IMG/VR virus record: IMGVR_UViG_3300033273_000025
Length of the DNA: 40,882 nucleotides
Reading direction: 5' to 3' (one strand)
From: a virus
Part shown: positions 8,969 through 18,644 of the stretch, one piece after another
Layout of the letters: every line of letters starts with the position of its first letter
Numbering within the stretch: the first letter of the stretch is position 1
Position numbers and translations under genes: made by a program
Notes under the pieces: model-generated
Told to the model about the DNA's origin: nothing
Seen by the model: only the letters and a program-made list of their open reading frames with translations
The model's database searches: none

Positions 8969-9853
8969 ATGGCTACTTATACAACATACGATCAGGTCGG
9001 TAAAAAAGAGTCTGTTGCAGACATCATTTCTGACATCACACCTTTCGACACCCCAGCATTTACAATGTTCAAAGACGAGAAAGTGTCAGCACGTACATTC
9101 TCTTGGCTTGAGGACTCTTTGGCCCCAGCCGGCGCAAACGCAGCCGTTGAAGGCGCGGATGCCGTAATGGGTTCATTGATCGACGCGGTTGAGCGTACAA
9201 ACAACACACAAATCTTGACTAAAGGTTTCCAAGTATCTGCAACTGCGGATGCAATCGGAACATATGGTCGTGCGAAAGAAACAGCACACCAAATGGCGAA
9301 AGCACTGAAAGAGATCAAGCGCGATGCAGAATACGCATTGGTGGGTGTTGATCAGGCCGCAGTTGCGGGTTCTGGTTCAGTTGCACGTAAAATGGCATCT
9401 GTGATCAACCAGATCACAACAGAAGTTGACGCAGGTGCAAACGCATCTGACGCATTGACTGAAGCGAAACTGTTGGAAGCGGGTGAAACTGCATACAACA
9501 ACGGTTCAGACGTTGACACACTAATGATCAAGCCGGGCGATGCACAAATCGTTGCAGGTTTCTCAGCGTCAGCAGGTCGTAACCGTGAAATCGCTCAAGG
9601 CAAAACATTGGTCAACGCAATCGACCTATATGTTTCTCCATACGGCGAGTACCGTGTTGTGTTGAACCGTCACCTAGAGTCTTCACACGCTCTATTGATC
9701 GACCCAACAATGTTCAAGACATGTACTCTACGTCCATTCACACGCACACTTCTAGCGAAGAACGGTGACTCAGACCGTCACCAGATCGTAGGCGAAATGT
9801 CTGTGAAGCACATGAACTTTGGCGACTCTGTGAAGATCACAGGATTGTCATAA
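8969..9853 (+). CDS. Major capsid protein (HK97 fold, SU10-like family).
   Basis: GAAGGA RBS. The N-terminal pattern GKKESVADIISDITPFDTPAFTMF...TFSWLEDSLA matches the capsid family motif (E-D-L-x-d-x-I-x-x-I-s-P-x-d-T-P). A strong terminator follows. Confidence 0.9.
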   Translation: MATYTTYDQVGKKESVADIISDITPFDTPAFTMFKDEKVSARTFSWLEDSLAPAGANAAVEGADAVMGSLIDAVERTNNTQILTKGFQVSATADAIGTYGRAKETAHQMAKALKEIKRDAEYALVGVDQAAVAGSGSVARKMASVINQITTEVDAGANASDALTEAKLLEAGETAYNNGSDVDTLMIKPGDAQIVAGFSASAGRNREIAQGKTLVNAIDLYVSPYGEYRVVLNRHLESSHALLIDPTMFKTCTLRPFTRTLLAKNGDSDRHQIVGEMSVKHMNFGDSVKITGLS

Positions 9854-9887
9854 GAACTCTATAGAACCCTAGCGGTTCTTTAGATTA

Positions 9888-9947
9888 GGCCGCCCTCGGT
9901 AACACAGGTTTTGCTCTCCTTACTGTGTCGCCTTGGGCGGCCTTTTT
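9888..9947 (+). terminator. Rho-independent terminator after the capsid gene.
   Basis: GGCCGCCC (9888-9895) pairs with GGGCGGCC (9935-9942). An inner helix pairs ACACAG with CTGTGT. TTTTT follows at 9943-9947. Confidence 0.75.
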
Positions 9948-9963
9948 GATTCAAGGAAGCACA

Positions 9964-10269
9964 ATGGATAAGAACAACAAATCCCTAATTCAATCGAACA
10001 CCGACTTTCTCTTCGAGACTGGCGACATGGTTCGTAAGCACACACAGAATATCTCACAGGCTTTTCTGGACGACCTAAAAGACGCCCGGAACGAAAGTAC
10101 ACAAAAGCCTATGGGCGAGTTTCACCGTGTGGCCTCTATTCCGACAGCAGTCGTTGAGAAGTGGCTACGCGAAGGTTTTAACATTTGGGAAGCATCTGGC
10201 ACTGAGATCGTGAAGCGACTTCAGAAAGAAGACTTACAAATGTTCATGGCGACTGAAAGGAAAGTCTAA
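9964..10269 (+). CDS. Hypothetical protein.
   Basis: ATG at 9964 follows AAGGAAG. The ORF-track start 9925 lies inside the terminator hairpin. Confidence 0.6.
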   Translation: MDKNNKSLIQSNTDFLFETGDMVRKHTQNISQAFLDDLKDARNESTQKPMGEFHRVASIPTAVVEKWLREGFNIWEASGTEIVKRLQKEDLQMFMATERKV

Positions 10270-10415
10270 TGGGCAACGGTCTATACGCAAACATCAACGC
10301 CAATCAAAAAGCGGGAAAGAAGCCACGCAAGAAGGGTGCCAAAGGCGCACCTACTGACGCGGACTTCAAACGTGCTGCAAAGACAGCAAAGAAACCCACC
10401 AAACGAAAGAAGTAA
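10269..10415 (+). CDS. Small, very basic 48-aa protein, below the ORF-track cutoff.
   Basis: TAATG overlap with the upstream stop. Sequence: MGNGLYANINANQKAGKKPRKKGAKGAPTDADFKRAAKTAKKPTKRKK. It ends 3 nt before the next ATG. Confidence 0.5.
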   Translation: MGNGLYANINANQKAGKKPRKKGAKGAPTDADFKRAAKTAKKPTKRKK

Positions 10416-10418
10416 GAG

Positions 10419-11033
10419 ATGAACAAAGGTCAAATCAGGGCACACTTTAAAGCCCTACTAAACCGTAGTGACTGTAGTGACGCCTTGGCTGATACCTTTA
10501 TTGATCAAGCGTTGACACGTATCCAGCGTTTCCTTCGCATCCCTGCGATGGAACAGCAGCAGACTTACTCGTTCACTTCGGGTACAGCAGTTTCACAGGT
10601 GGTGGTCCCATCGAACATGCTAGAGATTATTGATCTACAGTATGACGGATTGGGTCTGGTACGTGTTCCGCTTCACGAAATGGCAGAACAGCACAAAGTA
10701 GCTGAGAATGGTAATCCAAAGTATTTCACACGTGAGCGTGAAGTAATCAAGATTTCACCTTTGCCGACTACAGGAAATCTTTACCTCAACTACTATGCTG
10801 AGTTCGACGAACTTACAGACGACAGTAGCGAAAACATCATAACACTGATCGCTAGTGACCTACTGACCTACACGGCTTTGTCTTATGCAGCCGACTATTT
10901 CCTAGATGAACGTGGTCCGTTGTTTGAACAAAAGTCGGGTCAGTTCATAGCAGAAATCCAAGAACAGGCTAACGCAGCCGAACAATCAGGTATGGCGCAA
11001 GTCATGCGTCCCACAAGAACATACACAGATTGA
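10419..11033 (+). CDS. Putative head-tail adaptor / connector protein.
   Basis: 204 aa between the capsid module and the fibres. The N-terminus [32 protein letters not shown] resembles head-tail connector families. Confidence 0.5.
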   Translation: MNKGQIRAHFKALLNRSDCSDALADTFIDQALTRIQRFLRIPAMEQQQTYSFTSGTAVSQVVVPSNMLEIIDLQYDGLGLVRVPLHEMAEQHKVAENGNPKYFTREREVIKISPLPTTGNLYLNYYAEFDELTDDSSENIITLIASDLLTYTALSYAADYFLDERGPLFEQKSGQFIAEIQEQANAAEQSGMAQVMRPTRTYTD

Positions 11034-11040
11034 GGATACT

Positions 11041-13680
11041 ATGGCTAAGGCTTCATTTTATGGCAATCGTGGCGTCACTCCTAGTAACCCGGACGTTGAC
11101 CCAATCGAACCAAATAACATCAACGCGATTGAGGACAGTAAGAACGCCGCCGCACTAAGCGAGGCCAACGCAGAGTCACACAGAGATGCAGCGGAACAGT
11201 TCGCAACTAACGCATCATTCGCTCAATCAGCAGCAGAAGCAGCACAGTCCGCTGCGGAAACTGCAAAAGTATCAGCACAGTCGCATAAGGAAGAGGCGGC
11301 AACATCTGCATCCGTTGCATCCATCCACGCAACTACAGCCACTAACAAGGCCGCTGAAGCCGCGACGAGTGCATCAGACGCAGCATCCTCTGCAACCGGC
11401 GCACAAGGTTCGGCAACTCTTGCCAACACTGATCGTATTGCAGCAGGTGCATCCGCACTGGCAGCCGAAACATCACGTGTAGCAGCAGAGGCCGCAGAGA
11501 CAGCCGCAGAGACAGCCCAGACAGCCGCAGAGACAGCCGAAACAAACGCGGCTACCTCTGCCTCAAACGCAGCGACAAGCGAGTCCAATGCGGCCTCTAG
11601 CGCGTCTGCGGCATCATCTTCTGCAACTACCTCTTCTACAAAAGCAGGGGATGCTGCAACCAGCGCAGCTAACGCCGCAACTAGCGAGACTAACGCAGCC
11701 GCAAGTGCAACAGCCGCTTCGGGTAGTGAAACCGCAGCAGCCGCAAGCGCGACAGCAGCATCAGGCAGTGCCACAGCCGCCGCAAGTTCTGCCACAGCCG
11801 CCGCTGCGAGTGCGCAAGGTATTGCAACAGCACAGACTGCCTCTGAGACAGCCCAGGCAGCAGCAGAGACAGCACAGGCAGCAGCAGAGACAGCAGAGAC
11901 AAATGCTGGTACTTCTGAAACCAATGCGTCCGCAAGTGCTACGGCAGCCGCCGCAAGTGCAACATCTGCATCCACAAGTGCCGGTACTGCGACTACAAAA
12001 GCAGGTGAGGCCGGTACAAGTGCAACCTTGGCAGCATCAAGTGCATCAAGTGCAGCAGCAAGTGCAACATCTGCATCTGGTCATGCAACCAATGCAGCAA
12101 GTAGTGCATCTGATGCAGCCTCAAGCGCGACAGCAGCGGCAGCATCTCAAGTGGCAGCAGCCCAGAGTGCAGCATCAGCAGCCAACACATACGATCTGTT
12201 TGACGATAGATACTTGGGTTCCAAGTCTTCTGATCCGACAGTAGATAACGATGGGAACGCCGTAGTCCAAGGTAGCCTCTACTTTAACACCACAGCAAAC
12301 GAAATGCGTGTTTATGATGGGGCAGGGTGGATTGCAGCCTCGTCAGCAGGGGGTGCCTCACTACTTGAGTATTTCTTCACGGCTACAGCAAACCAGACGA
12401 CTTTCTCAGGTACGGACTCTGAGGGTAACACACTGGGATACACGATAGACAACATCCTCGTTGTTCTTAACGGTGTTGTCCTTGACTCCACCGCCGACTT
12501 CACTGCAACAGATGGTTCATCTATCGTAATGACAACGGCGGCAGCAGCCGGTGACGAAGTACATGTCATTGCTTTCAAGGCGTTCACTACTGCGGACATG
12601 GTGTCCAAGACTAACGGTGGTATCTTCCACGGTAACGTGGACTTCTCCAATGGCATCGACGTCACAGGTAACATCACGGTCACTGGAACAGTAGACGGAC
12701 GTGACATTGCTGTAGACGGTTCAAAGTTAGATGGTGTTGAGGCAAACGCAGATGTCACTGACAATGCTAATGTCACTTCTGTTCTATCAGGCTTCAGTTC
12801 AACAACATCCTTCACCTCTTCTGACCTTATCCCTGTTTACGACAGTTCGACAAACACATGGGTCAAAGGTACAATCGCCAATGCAGCACTTCAGGGTCCA
12901 GTAGGACCACAGGGTCCACAAGGTCCGGCAGGTGCAGACGGTGCGGTTGGCGCAGACGGCGCAGACGGTGCTCAGGGTCCAGTCGGGCCTCAAGGTCCAG
13001 CGGGTCCGCAAGGCCCAGCAGGTCCGAAAGGTGACACTGGCGACACTGGTCCAGCGGGTGCTACAGGTCCACAAGGTCCACAGGGTTTGACAGGCGCGAC
13101 TGGTGCTACTGGTCCACAAGGTCCGCAGGGTGCTACCGGTCCCCAAGGTGCTACCGGTCCAGCCGGTACAGACGCGAGTTTGCCTTCCGGTGTCATCGTC
13201 ATGTGGTCCGGAAGTAATGCTTCAATACCTTCTGGTTGGTTACTGTGCAACGGCTCTAATGGAACGCCAGATTTACGAGACAGGTTCGTCGTAGGCTCAG
13301 GCAGTTCTTACGCAACAGGCAACACAGGTGGTGCAGCAAGTGTGACACTTACAGCATCTCAAATGCCCTCGCATACGCATAGTTTCAGCGGAACTACGAG
13401 CACAAAGTCTTTGACTGGTACGTTTGTGATGATGGACGACAATACTTCAGATTACCTGTGCCGCATCAAGTCAGCCTCGGGTGTATTTAGTACAACCAAT
13501 ACAACAGCAAGACACATTAACTCACAGGGTGGTGTTGCGTACACAAACCAGAAGAACCAGATGAATTTCGACGCTTCGCACAACCACACATTCAGTGGGA
13601 CGACTGGTTCAGCAGGTAGTAACTCTGCGCACGAAAACCGACCACCTTATTATGCACTTGCTTACATCATGAAATCGTAA
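11041..13680 (+). CDS. Tail fibre protein: Ala/Ser/Thr-rich repeat rod, collagen-like repeats, and a C-terminal tail-collar-type domain.
   Basis: GAGGA RBS. About 380 aa of A/S/T/E repeats. Conserved [19 protein letters not shown]...LYFNTT...MRVYDG..W. 30 Gly-X-Y triplets. C-terminal GVIVMWSGS...[24 protein letters not shown]...MPSHTH is the tail-collar motif. Confidence 0.85.
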   Translation: MAKASFYGNRGVTPSNPDVDPIEPNNINAIEDSKNAAALSEANAESHRDAAEQFATNASFAQSAAEAAQSAAETAKVSAQSHKEEAATSASVASIHATTATNKAAEAATSASDAASSATGAQGSATLANTDRIAAGASALAAETSRVAAEAAETAAETAQTAAETAETNAATSASNAATSESNAASSASAASSSATTSSTKAGDAATSAANAATSETNAAASATAASGSETAAAASATAASGSATAAASSATAAAASAQGIATAQTASETAQAAAETAQAAAETAETNAGTSETNASASATAAAASATSASTSAGTATTKAGEAGTSATLAASSASSAAASATSASGHATNAASSASDAASSATAAAASQVAAAQSAASAANTYDLFDDRYLGSKSSDPTVDNDGNAVVQGSLYFNTTANEMRVYDGAGWIAASSAGGASLLEYFFTATANQTTFSGTDSEGNTLGYTIDNILVVLNGVVLDSTADFTATDGSSIVMTTAAAAGDEVHVIAFKAFTTADMVSKTNGGIFHGNVDFSNGIDVTGNITVTGTVDGRDIAVDGSKLDGVEANADVTDNANVTSVLSGFSSTTSFTSSDLIPVYDSSTNTWVKGTIANAALQGPVGPQGPQGPAGADGAVGADGADGAQGPVGPQGPAGPQGPAGPKGDTGDTGPAGATGPQGPQGLTGATGATGPQGPQGATGPQGATGPAGTDASLPSGVIVMWSGSNASIPSGWLLCNGSNGTPDLRDRFVVGSGSSYATGNTGGAASVTLTASQMPSHTHSFSGTTSTKSLTGTFVMMDDNTSDYLCRIKSASGVFSTTNTTARHINSQGGVAYTNQKNQMNFDASHNHTFSGTTGSAGSNSAHENRPPYYALAYIMKS
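12895..13164 (+). repeat. Collagen-like Gly-X-Y array: 30 uninterrupted triplets inside the fibre gene.
   Basis: [27 protein letters not shown]...GATGPAG was counted by hand. The first ~80 nt are similar to the start of the array in the next gene. Confidence 0.9.
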
Positions 13681-13691
13681 GGACATCTAGC

Positions 13692-14492
13692 ATGGCAAAC
13701 TCACGCGCATGGAAGTTCGCTAAACTTCTACGAAGTGACGGACAGATCAAAGAGGACAAACTAACCTCCTCCATAAACAATCTTGGAACCATCACCAGTG
13801 TAAGCGGAAGTGACGATAAGATCGTCATCCGTGATGCTACAGATGGTTCTATGAAACTTGCGTCTATCTCTGACGCAGCACTACAGGGACCAGTTGGGCC
13901 GCAAGGCCCAGCCGGACCCGCCGGTGCAGATGGTGTGATTGGCGCAGACGGTGCGGACGGTCCTCAAGGTCCACAGGGTCCAGCGGGTCCACAGGGTCCA
14001 CAGGGTGATACCGGTCCACAGGGTCCGATTGGGAACACTGGTCCTCAAGGTCCACAGGGTGCCACTGGTCCTCAAGGACCAGCGGGTGACGATGGTGCCA
14101 CTGGTCCTCAAGGTCCACAGGGTGCTACTGGTCCTCAAGGTCCACAGGGTGACGATGGTGCTACTGGTCCTCAAGGTCCACAGGGACCAACTGGGAACAC
14201 CGGTCCTCAAGGTCCACAAGGTAACACCGGTCCTCAAGGTCCAGCCGGACCGACAGGTGCTACCGGTGCTACAGGTGCTACTGGCCCACAAGGTCCAGCC
14301 GGGACTTTTAGCGGCGACTTCAACGGTGAAATCACAAACACCAGTGGCAAGCCTTTCTGGGAAAACTCGAATACCGTAAGTTCTAGTTACACAATTACGA
14401 ACAACTACAATGCAATGTCTGCGGGACCGATCACTGTTAATAGTGGCGTGTCTGTGACTATCAATGATGGTGAAGTTTGGACGGTTGTCTAA
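13692..14492 (+). CDS. Collagen-repeat fibre protein.
   Basis: AAGGA RBS. 46 uninterrupted Gly-X-Y triplets. The C-terminus ...[27 protein letters not shown] is typical of small fibre proteins. Confidence 0.8.
   Translation: MANSRAWKFAKLLRSDGQIKEDKLTSSINNLGTITSVSGSDDKIVIRDATDGSMKLASISDAALQGPVGPQGPAGPAGADGVIGADGADGPQGPQGPAGPQGPQGDTGPQGPIGNTGPQGPQGATGPQGPAGDDGATGPQGPQGATGPQGPQGDDGATGPQGPQGPTGNTGPQGPQGNTGPQGPAGPTGATGATGATGPQGPAGTFSGDFNGEITNTSGKPFWENSNTVSSSYTITNNYNAMSAGPITVNSGVSVTINDGEVWTVV
13887..14300 (+). repeat. Collagen-like Gly-X-Y array of 46 triplets, with nucleotide-level tandem repeats.
   Basis: The string ggtcctcaaggtcca recurs at least 8 times. Units such as actggtcctcaaggtccacagggt are tandemly reiterated. 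Confidence 0.9.
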
Positions 14493-14725
14493 TGGCAGCA
14501 ATAGAAATTTCATCAGACTTCGGTCTTAGGTGGGGCAACAGAGTTGTTACGCCGGAAGAACTAGCAGAGGCCATTGACGGTATAGATGTCGTCGATGGTC
14601 TTCTTGTTTTGGATGGTGTCAAGTTTGTAAACCACACGGACCGTGAGGCAATCGTTGATCAACTAGGCATAAGGCACGACCTCCTAGAATTAGTCGAGAG
14701 GATTCACAGTGAATCATTACATTAA
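14492..14725 (+). CDS. Hypothetical protein.
   Basis: TAATG overlap with the fibre gene stop. 77 aa beginning [16 protein letters not shown]. Confidence 0.5.
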   Translation: MAAIEISSDFGLRWGNRVVTPEELAEAIDGIDVVDGLLVLDGVKFVNHTDREAIVDQLGIRHDLLELVERIHSESLH

Positions 14726-14879
14726 AACTGACGAGCAGAATAAGATAACAAACTATCTACTCTGCCTACCCGAAGAAAAACCCGAGGGATTCTTTCAGGT
14801 AACAACCGCACTGCCAGTCTGTGAAATCTATGACCCAGTGACAGGGACATCCACACCAGAGGAACCGGACAATGGCTAG
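14709..14879 (+). CDS. Possible small protein (56 aa, GTG start), below the ORF-track cutoff.
   Basis: GAGG lies 7 nt upstream of GTG 14709. The ORF fills the gap between neighbours and its stop overlaps the next start region. Confidence 0.3.
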   Translation: MNHYIKTDEQNKITNYLLCLPEEKPEGFFQVTTALPVCEIYDPVTGTSTPEEPDNG

Positions 14880-15519
14880 AAAAATTGTTGTACATGGAAC
14901 CAACGGCATAACTTCGTACAAACCAGATGGAACCGTATGGTCTTCTAAATCCAAAGCAGACTTAAACGGCGCAAGTTCAGAGCACTTTCCGTCATCTTCG
15001 GTGATGAAGTTAGACCAGATTCAATTAGACCTTACTGCAACGAAGATGGAAGTACGTAACACTGCGGGTGATAAACTTGCAGGTCTTCAGAACCCATCGA
15101 CGACTGATGGTACAGCAATAACACTGATTAGTAATTCGACTGTACCAGCGGCCTACGCAGACGCGTTCAGTAACGTACAAACAGGCACAACATCACTACC
15201 ACCATCAAGCAGTGAGAACCGTACATGGGCCTTTAAGTACACATGTGAGTTCGAGGGTACATGTCGTATCCGTGGTAACGGTGCGCCTACAGGCTCAATG
15301 GTGTCAGGCAATGACCGTGCGATTTACATTCTTGTGAATGGTGTTGGTGTTGCTTCCGCAGGTAGTTCTATCAACAGTAGTAACTGGGCAGAGAAGACAA
15401 ACCAAACAATCGCCCCCGGTGATTTAGTTCAGTATGACATTCGTGACGTTTACTGGCGTTACTCAAACGGTGGTGTTGCAGCACAGAACTGCGAAATCAG
15501 AGTGGGAACTTACGGTTAA
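14872..15519 (+). CDS. Hypothetical protein in the fibre accessory cluster.
   Basis: 215-aa ORF. Its stop overlaps the next ATG (TAATG). Confidence 0.6.
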   Translation: MARKIVVHGTNGITSYKPDGTVWSSKSKADLNGASSEHFPSSSVMKLDQIQLDLTATKMEVRNTAGDKLAGLQNPSTTDGTAITLISNSTVPAAYADAFSNVQTGTTSLPPSSSENRTWAFKYTCEFEGTCRIRGNGAPTGSMVSGNDRAIYILVNGVGVASAGSSINSSNWAEKTNQTIAPGDLVQYDIRDVYWRYSNGGVAAQNCEIRVGTYG

Positions 15520-16073
15520 TGAAAGTCTACGAACACGATGTGTTTCCCATTCCGACACGTGTTGTTGACCTTGACGAAACCCAACAAGAAGAAATCAAGG
15601 AATACTACAGCGGTGTCTGGGAAAATATACCAAGGCCGGAACATGTGAAAGTCGCAACGACTTGGGGTATGGAAGAACAACCCTTAGACATGTCGCCTAC
15701 ACTGGTGGATGCAATCACGCGGTCACTAGAAGGGTACATAGAGCGAGTCAGTAATTTTGTTACTACCGCCTACATAGAAGATCATTGGCTGCAAGAGTAC
15801 AGTCACGGTGCAGCGCACATGCCTCACCATCACCCAGAAAGTATCATATCTGGTGTGTACTACATCGAAAGTAATAACCAAGGTTCGCCTTTGGTCTTCT
15901 ACAACCCTAACAATGCACAGCATTTCATGAACTACAGTACCTACTCGAACATGGTCGAGTGCTGGCAGGGACGACTAATCTTGTTTCCAAGTTGGCTACT
16001 GCATGGGGTTCCTGAATGTAGAAACGAGGACGTATTGCGACGAGTAATCGCGTTCAACATTAACAAGGATTAA
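15519..16073 (+). CDS. 2OG-Fe(II) oxygenase-like protein, paralog 1.
   Basis: Motifs WLQEY, HMPHHHPES, SGVYYIE, LILFPSWLLHGVPE and RRVIAFN match the small 2OG-Fe(II) oxygenase family common in marine phages. Confidence 0.7.
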   Translation: MKVYEHDVFPIPTRVVDLDETQQEEIKEYYSGVWENIPRPEHVKVATTWGMEEQPLDMSPTLVDAITRSLEGYIERVSNFVTTAYIEDHWLQEYSHGAAHMPHHHPESIISGVYYIESNNQGSPLVFYNPNNAQHFMNYSTYSNMVECWQGRLILFPSWLLHGVPECRNEDVLRRVIAFNINKD

Positions 16074-16076
16074 ATC

Positions 16077-16469
16077 ATGGGAAGCGTTATTCGCGGGGTC
16101 GATGACTTCGATAGTGACACATACATAGATAACATACCCGCAGGTCTTGAAGTCGTAACTACAGGTAACATGAGCTGGGGTTCAAACGGTACTTACACAA
16201 CCTCACATTCACTAGGCCGTCAACCTGTGGCAACACAGATCGAACTTGTGTGTGTGAGTAGCCAACATGGGTATCCTACAGGCGCAGTCCTACACTTGGG
16301 TTCAGGTGAGCGTTATTCCAACTGGGGTGTGGTTGTTATGAACTGCACAAGTTCGTCAATCCGCTGGGGCACCAACAGTAGCGGTATCATCGTCAGACAC
16401 CATAACAGCGGAAGTGCTCAGGTGTTTGGCACCGGTAACTGGCGTGTCAGATTGCGGATTATAGGATAG
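16077..16469 (+). CDS. Hypothetical protein.
   Basis: 130-aa ORF with an AAGGA RBS. Confidence 0.6.
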   Translation: MGSVIRGVDDFDSDTYIDNIPAGLEVVTTGNMSWGSNGTYTTSHSLGRQPVATQIELVCVSSQHGYPTGAVLHLGSGERYSNWGVVVMNCTSSSIRWGTNSSGIIVRHHNSGSAQVFGTGNWRVRLRIIG

Positions 16470-16473
16470 CACA

Positions 16474-16824
16474 ATGGAAGATGATGTAATTTTTTATCAC
16501 TATGTAGACACTGATGGGACTTACCTAGGTGCTTACGATACGACAGACCACCCAGACATTGAAGACGATTGGATTCTAGTACCTGCCCCAGAGAACGGTG
16601 CTGCGCGTTGGGTGAATGGTGCTTGGGATAACAGTGAACCGCAGCGTCAAAAGCGTGACAGACTTCTTTTAGAGTTAGACGGTAAACTTTCAAACCCTCT
16701 GCGCTGGGCAGACCTCAACACACAGCAGCAGACCGCATGGGCAACGTACCGCCAAGCCCTACTGGATGTACCAGAGCAAACAGGTTTTCCAGACAACATT
16801 GTGTGGCCTACGCAGCCTGAGTAA
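16474..16824 (+). CDS. Tail-fibre assembly chaperone-like protein.
   Basis: The C-terminus LRWADLNTQQQTAWATYRQALLDVPEQTGFPDNIVWPTQPE resembles the conserved end of phage fibre-assembly proteins. Confidence 0.55.
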   Translation: MEDDVIFYHYVDTDGTYLGAYDTTDHPDIEDDWILVPAPENGAARWVNGAWDNSEPQRQKRDRLLLELDGKLSNPLRWADLNTQQQTAWATYRQALLDVPEQTGFPDNIVWPTQPE

Positions 16825-17315
16825 TGCAGAAGGTTGCCGATTTTTCAGAAGACATATGGCAACTAGAAGTACCTAACATACAGCAGCATTTAGAATACTT
16901 CGTGCCCTACGTGGATGCACTTGTTGACCACGGTCCTGTGCGACACGACTACATGGCTGCCAACTACGAACTACCACCCGACCTTACACAGACGATCCTA
17001 GGTGCTTGTGCCTCTATATCAGGTGAGGAGGGTTTGGTGGTCCGTGACTATTGGCTGCAAGACTACAGGCTTGACAATTACCACGGCACCCACACCCACG
17101 GTAATGCTATCGTTTCAGGTGTGTACTATCTTCGTTACGAGGGGCATGGTGCGCCAATCGTTTTCCTCGACAAGAATAAAAAAGAGAAACTAATTGAACC
17201 GGCGCGTGGCATGATGATCCTCTTTGGTGGACATGTGCCTCACAGGGTTCCCCCGGTGCCTGAGACAGTAACAGAACGGTCTGTCTTAGCGTTCAATGTT
17301 CATTTAGCAAACTAG
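16824..17315 (+). CDS. 2OG-Fe(II) oxygenase-like protein, paralog 2.
   Basis: Motifs WLQDY, HGTHTHGN, SGVYYLR, MILFGGHVPHRVP and RSVLAFN, in the same order as in 15519-16073. TAATG start overlap. Confidence 0.65.
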   Translation: MQKVADFSEDIWQLEVPNIQQHLEYFVPYVDALVDHGPVRHDYMAANYELPPDLTQTILGACASISGEEGLVVRDYWLQDYRLDNYHGTHTHGNAIVSGVYYLRYEGHGAPIVFLDKNKKEKLIEPARGMMILFGGHVPHRVPPVPETVTERSVLAFNVHLAN

Positions 17316-17323
17316 GAACTAAC

Positions 17324-17608
17324 ATGCCACAAGCAGAGAGTTGGCACCTGTCAAAGAGTGTCCCCATATCCCTTATCTTTGGACTATTGGTCCAAGGTGC
17401 TGCAATAGTCTGGACTGTCAGTATGATGATGTCAGACATTGATACAAACCAAGCCGACATTAACGAACTTAATGCACGTGTTTTGCGGGTAGAGGATGCT
17501 GTCCATGAACAGGCAGTCTCTATGGCGCGTATAGATGAAAACATAAAGGCTATTCGTAAGGCTGTAGAGACTATGGCCTCACGTAACCGTCCACAACCAC
17601 AACCATAA
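17324..17608 (+). CDS. Membrane-anchored coiled-coil protein at the head of the lysis cassette, possibly spanin- or holin-associated.
   Basis: N-terminal TM segment (ISLIFGLLVQGAAIVWTV), heptad-like middle, Pro-rich end RPQPQP. Confidence 0.6.
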   Translation: MPQAESWHLSKSVPISLIFGLLVQGAAIVWTVSMMMSDIDTNQADINELNARVLRVEDAVHEQAVSMARIDENIKAIRKAVETMASRNRPQPQP

Positions 17609-17640
17609 CCCCCTCAACAGAAAAGCAAGGAGAGACGCCA

Positions 17641-18048
17641 ATGTCATTTGTTGGTGCGCTTACCTCTGTTGTGCCTAGCGTCCTGAGTATCATCGACAAG
17701 GTGGTCCCAGACAAGGGTGCAGCCGAGTTAGCCAAAAGTAAGATTGAACTTGAGTTAGTCCAAGCGGCTACAGAAATTAACCGTCTACAAGCAGAGACGA
17801 ACAAGGTCGAGGCCGCCCACCGATCCATCTGGGTCGCAGGTTGGCGTCCGGCAATCGGCTGGTGTTCCGCGCTGGGTGTAGCCTATTTTTTTGTTTTGGA
17901 ACCCCTGCTGCAATGGGCAGCCGTAGCACTGGGGTGGACAATCACTACACCGAAGTTCCCAGAGGAAGCACTGTTCGAGATGGTGTTCGCAATGCTGGGC
18001 ATGGCGGGTCTACGGTCATTCGAGAAGATCAAAGGGGTTGCAAAGTGA
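17641..18048 (+). CDS. Holin, GTA-type 3-TM family.
   Basis: AAGGAGAG RBS. The pattern ...VPDKGAAELAKSKIELELVQA...AETNKVEAAHRSIWVAGWRPAIGWCSALGVAYFFVL matches the holin family of Rhodobacterales GTAs and phages. Confidence 0.7.
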   Translation: MSFVGALTSVVPSVLSIIDKVVPDKGAAELAKSKIELELVQAATEINRLQAETNKVEAAHRSIWVAGWRPAIGWCSALGVAYFFVLEPLLQWAAVALGWTITTPKFPEEALFEMVFAMLGMAGLRSFEKIKGVAK

Positions 18049-18560
18049 AGGACAACTGGACTGCATGTCTAGCCAAGGTGCTAGAGTCCGAAGGCGGCTT
18101 TGTGAACCACAAGCGTGACCCGGGCGGTGCGACAAACCTAGGTATCACCAAGCGTGTCTACGAACAGTGGGTACAGCGGCAGGTCAGCATCCAAGAGATG
18201 CGTGAGTTGACTGTGATACAGGCAGCACCGATCTACGAACATGAGTATTGGAACCGTGTCAGAGGTGACGAACTGCCTGATGGTGTCGATCTACTCATGT
18301 TTGACTTTGCGGTGAACGCTGGAACCAGTCGTGCTATTCGCATGGCTCAGAGGGTAGTGGGTGTTAAGGCCGATGGTATCATTGGTCCTGTGACCCTACA
18401 GGCGATCAACAACTACGACCCCCAAGACTTCATCAAAGAATACTCTGATCGAAAACTGGCGTTCTACAGACGTCTCAAGCACTACGACACCTTTGGTCGT
18501 GGTTGGGAACGTAGAACACAAAAAACACAGATCGCAGCACTCGAACTGTTGCGTGACTGA
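18045..18560 (+). CDS. Endolysin: GH108-type N-terminal domain plus a peptidoglycan-binding domain.
   Basis: GTG 18045 overlaps the holin stop (GTGA). The motif LESEGGFVNHKRDPGGATNLGIT is the EGG(Y/F)-x-DPGG-x-T-x-GIT signature. The upstream part of ORF-track 17841.. lies inside the holin gene. Confidence 0.85.
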   Translation: MKDNWTACLAKVLESEGGFVNHKRDPGGATNLGITKRVYEQWVQRQVSIQEMRELTVIQAAPIYEHEYWNRVRGDELPDGVDLLMFDFAVNAGTSRAIRMAQRVVGVKADGIIGPVTLQAINNYDPQDFIKEYSDRKLAFYRRLKHYDTFGRGWERRTQKTQIAALELLRD

Positions 18561-18644
18561 ATCCCTGTTGCCCCAACTGGTAACAGCCGCATAGCCGTAG
18601 GGCGGCTTAGGGTTCCTACGGCCTACCGAAAGGAAGGTGATCCT

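Noticed and set aside
11186-12244. Several long alternative-frame and antisense ORFs (for example 11223-11975 minus, 11588-12244 plus) inside the fibre gene.
   Set aside because: They lie within the Ala/Ser/Thr repeat region, where GC-rich repetitive codons keep all frames open. Their translations are low-complexity and have no RBS. The fibre frame carries recognisable motifs.
12895-14300. The regular short repeats as a CRISPR array.
   Set aside because: The 9-nt periodicity is coding (Gly-X-Y). There is no repeat-spacer structure and there are no cas genes.
13864-14513. Antisense and alternative-frame ORFs over the collagen arrays (13881-14513 minus, 13939-14379 plus, 12799-13250 minus).
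   Set aside because: They are shadow frames of Gly-X-Y coding repeats. The sense frame gives uninterrupted collagen triplets flanked by fibre domains.
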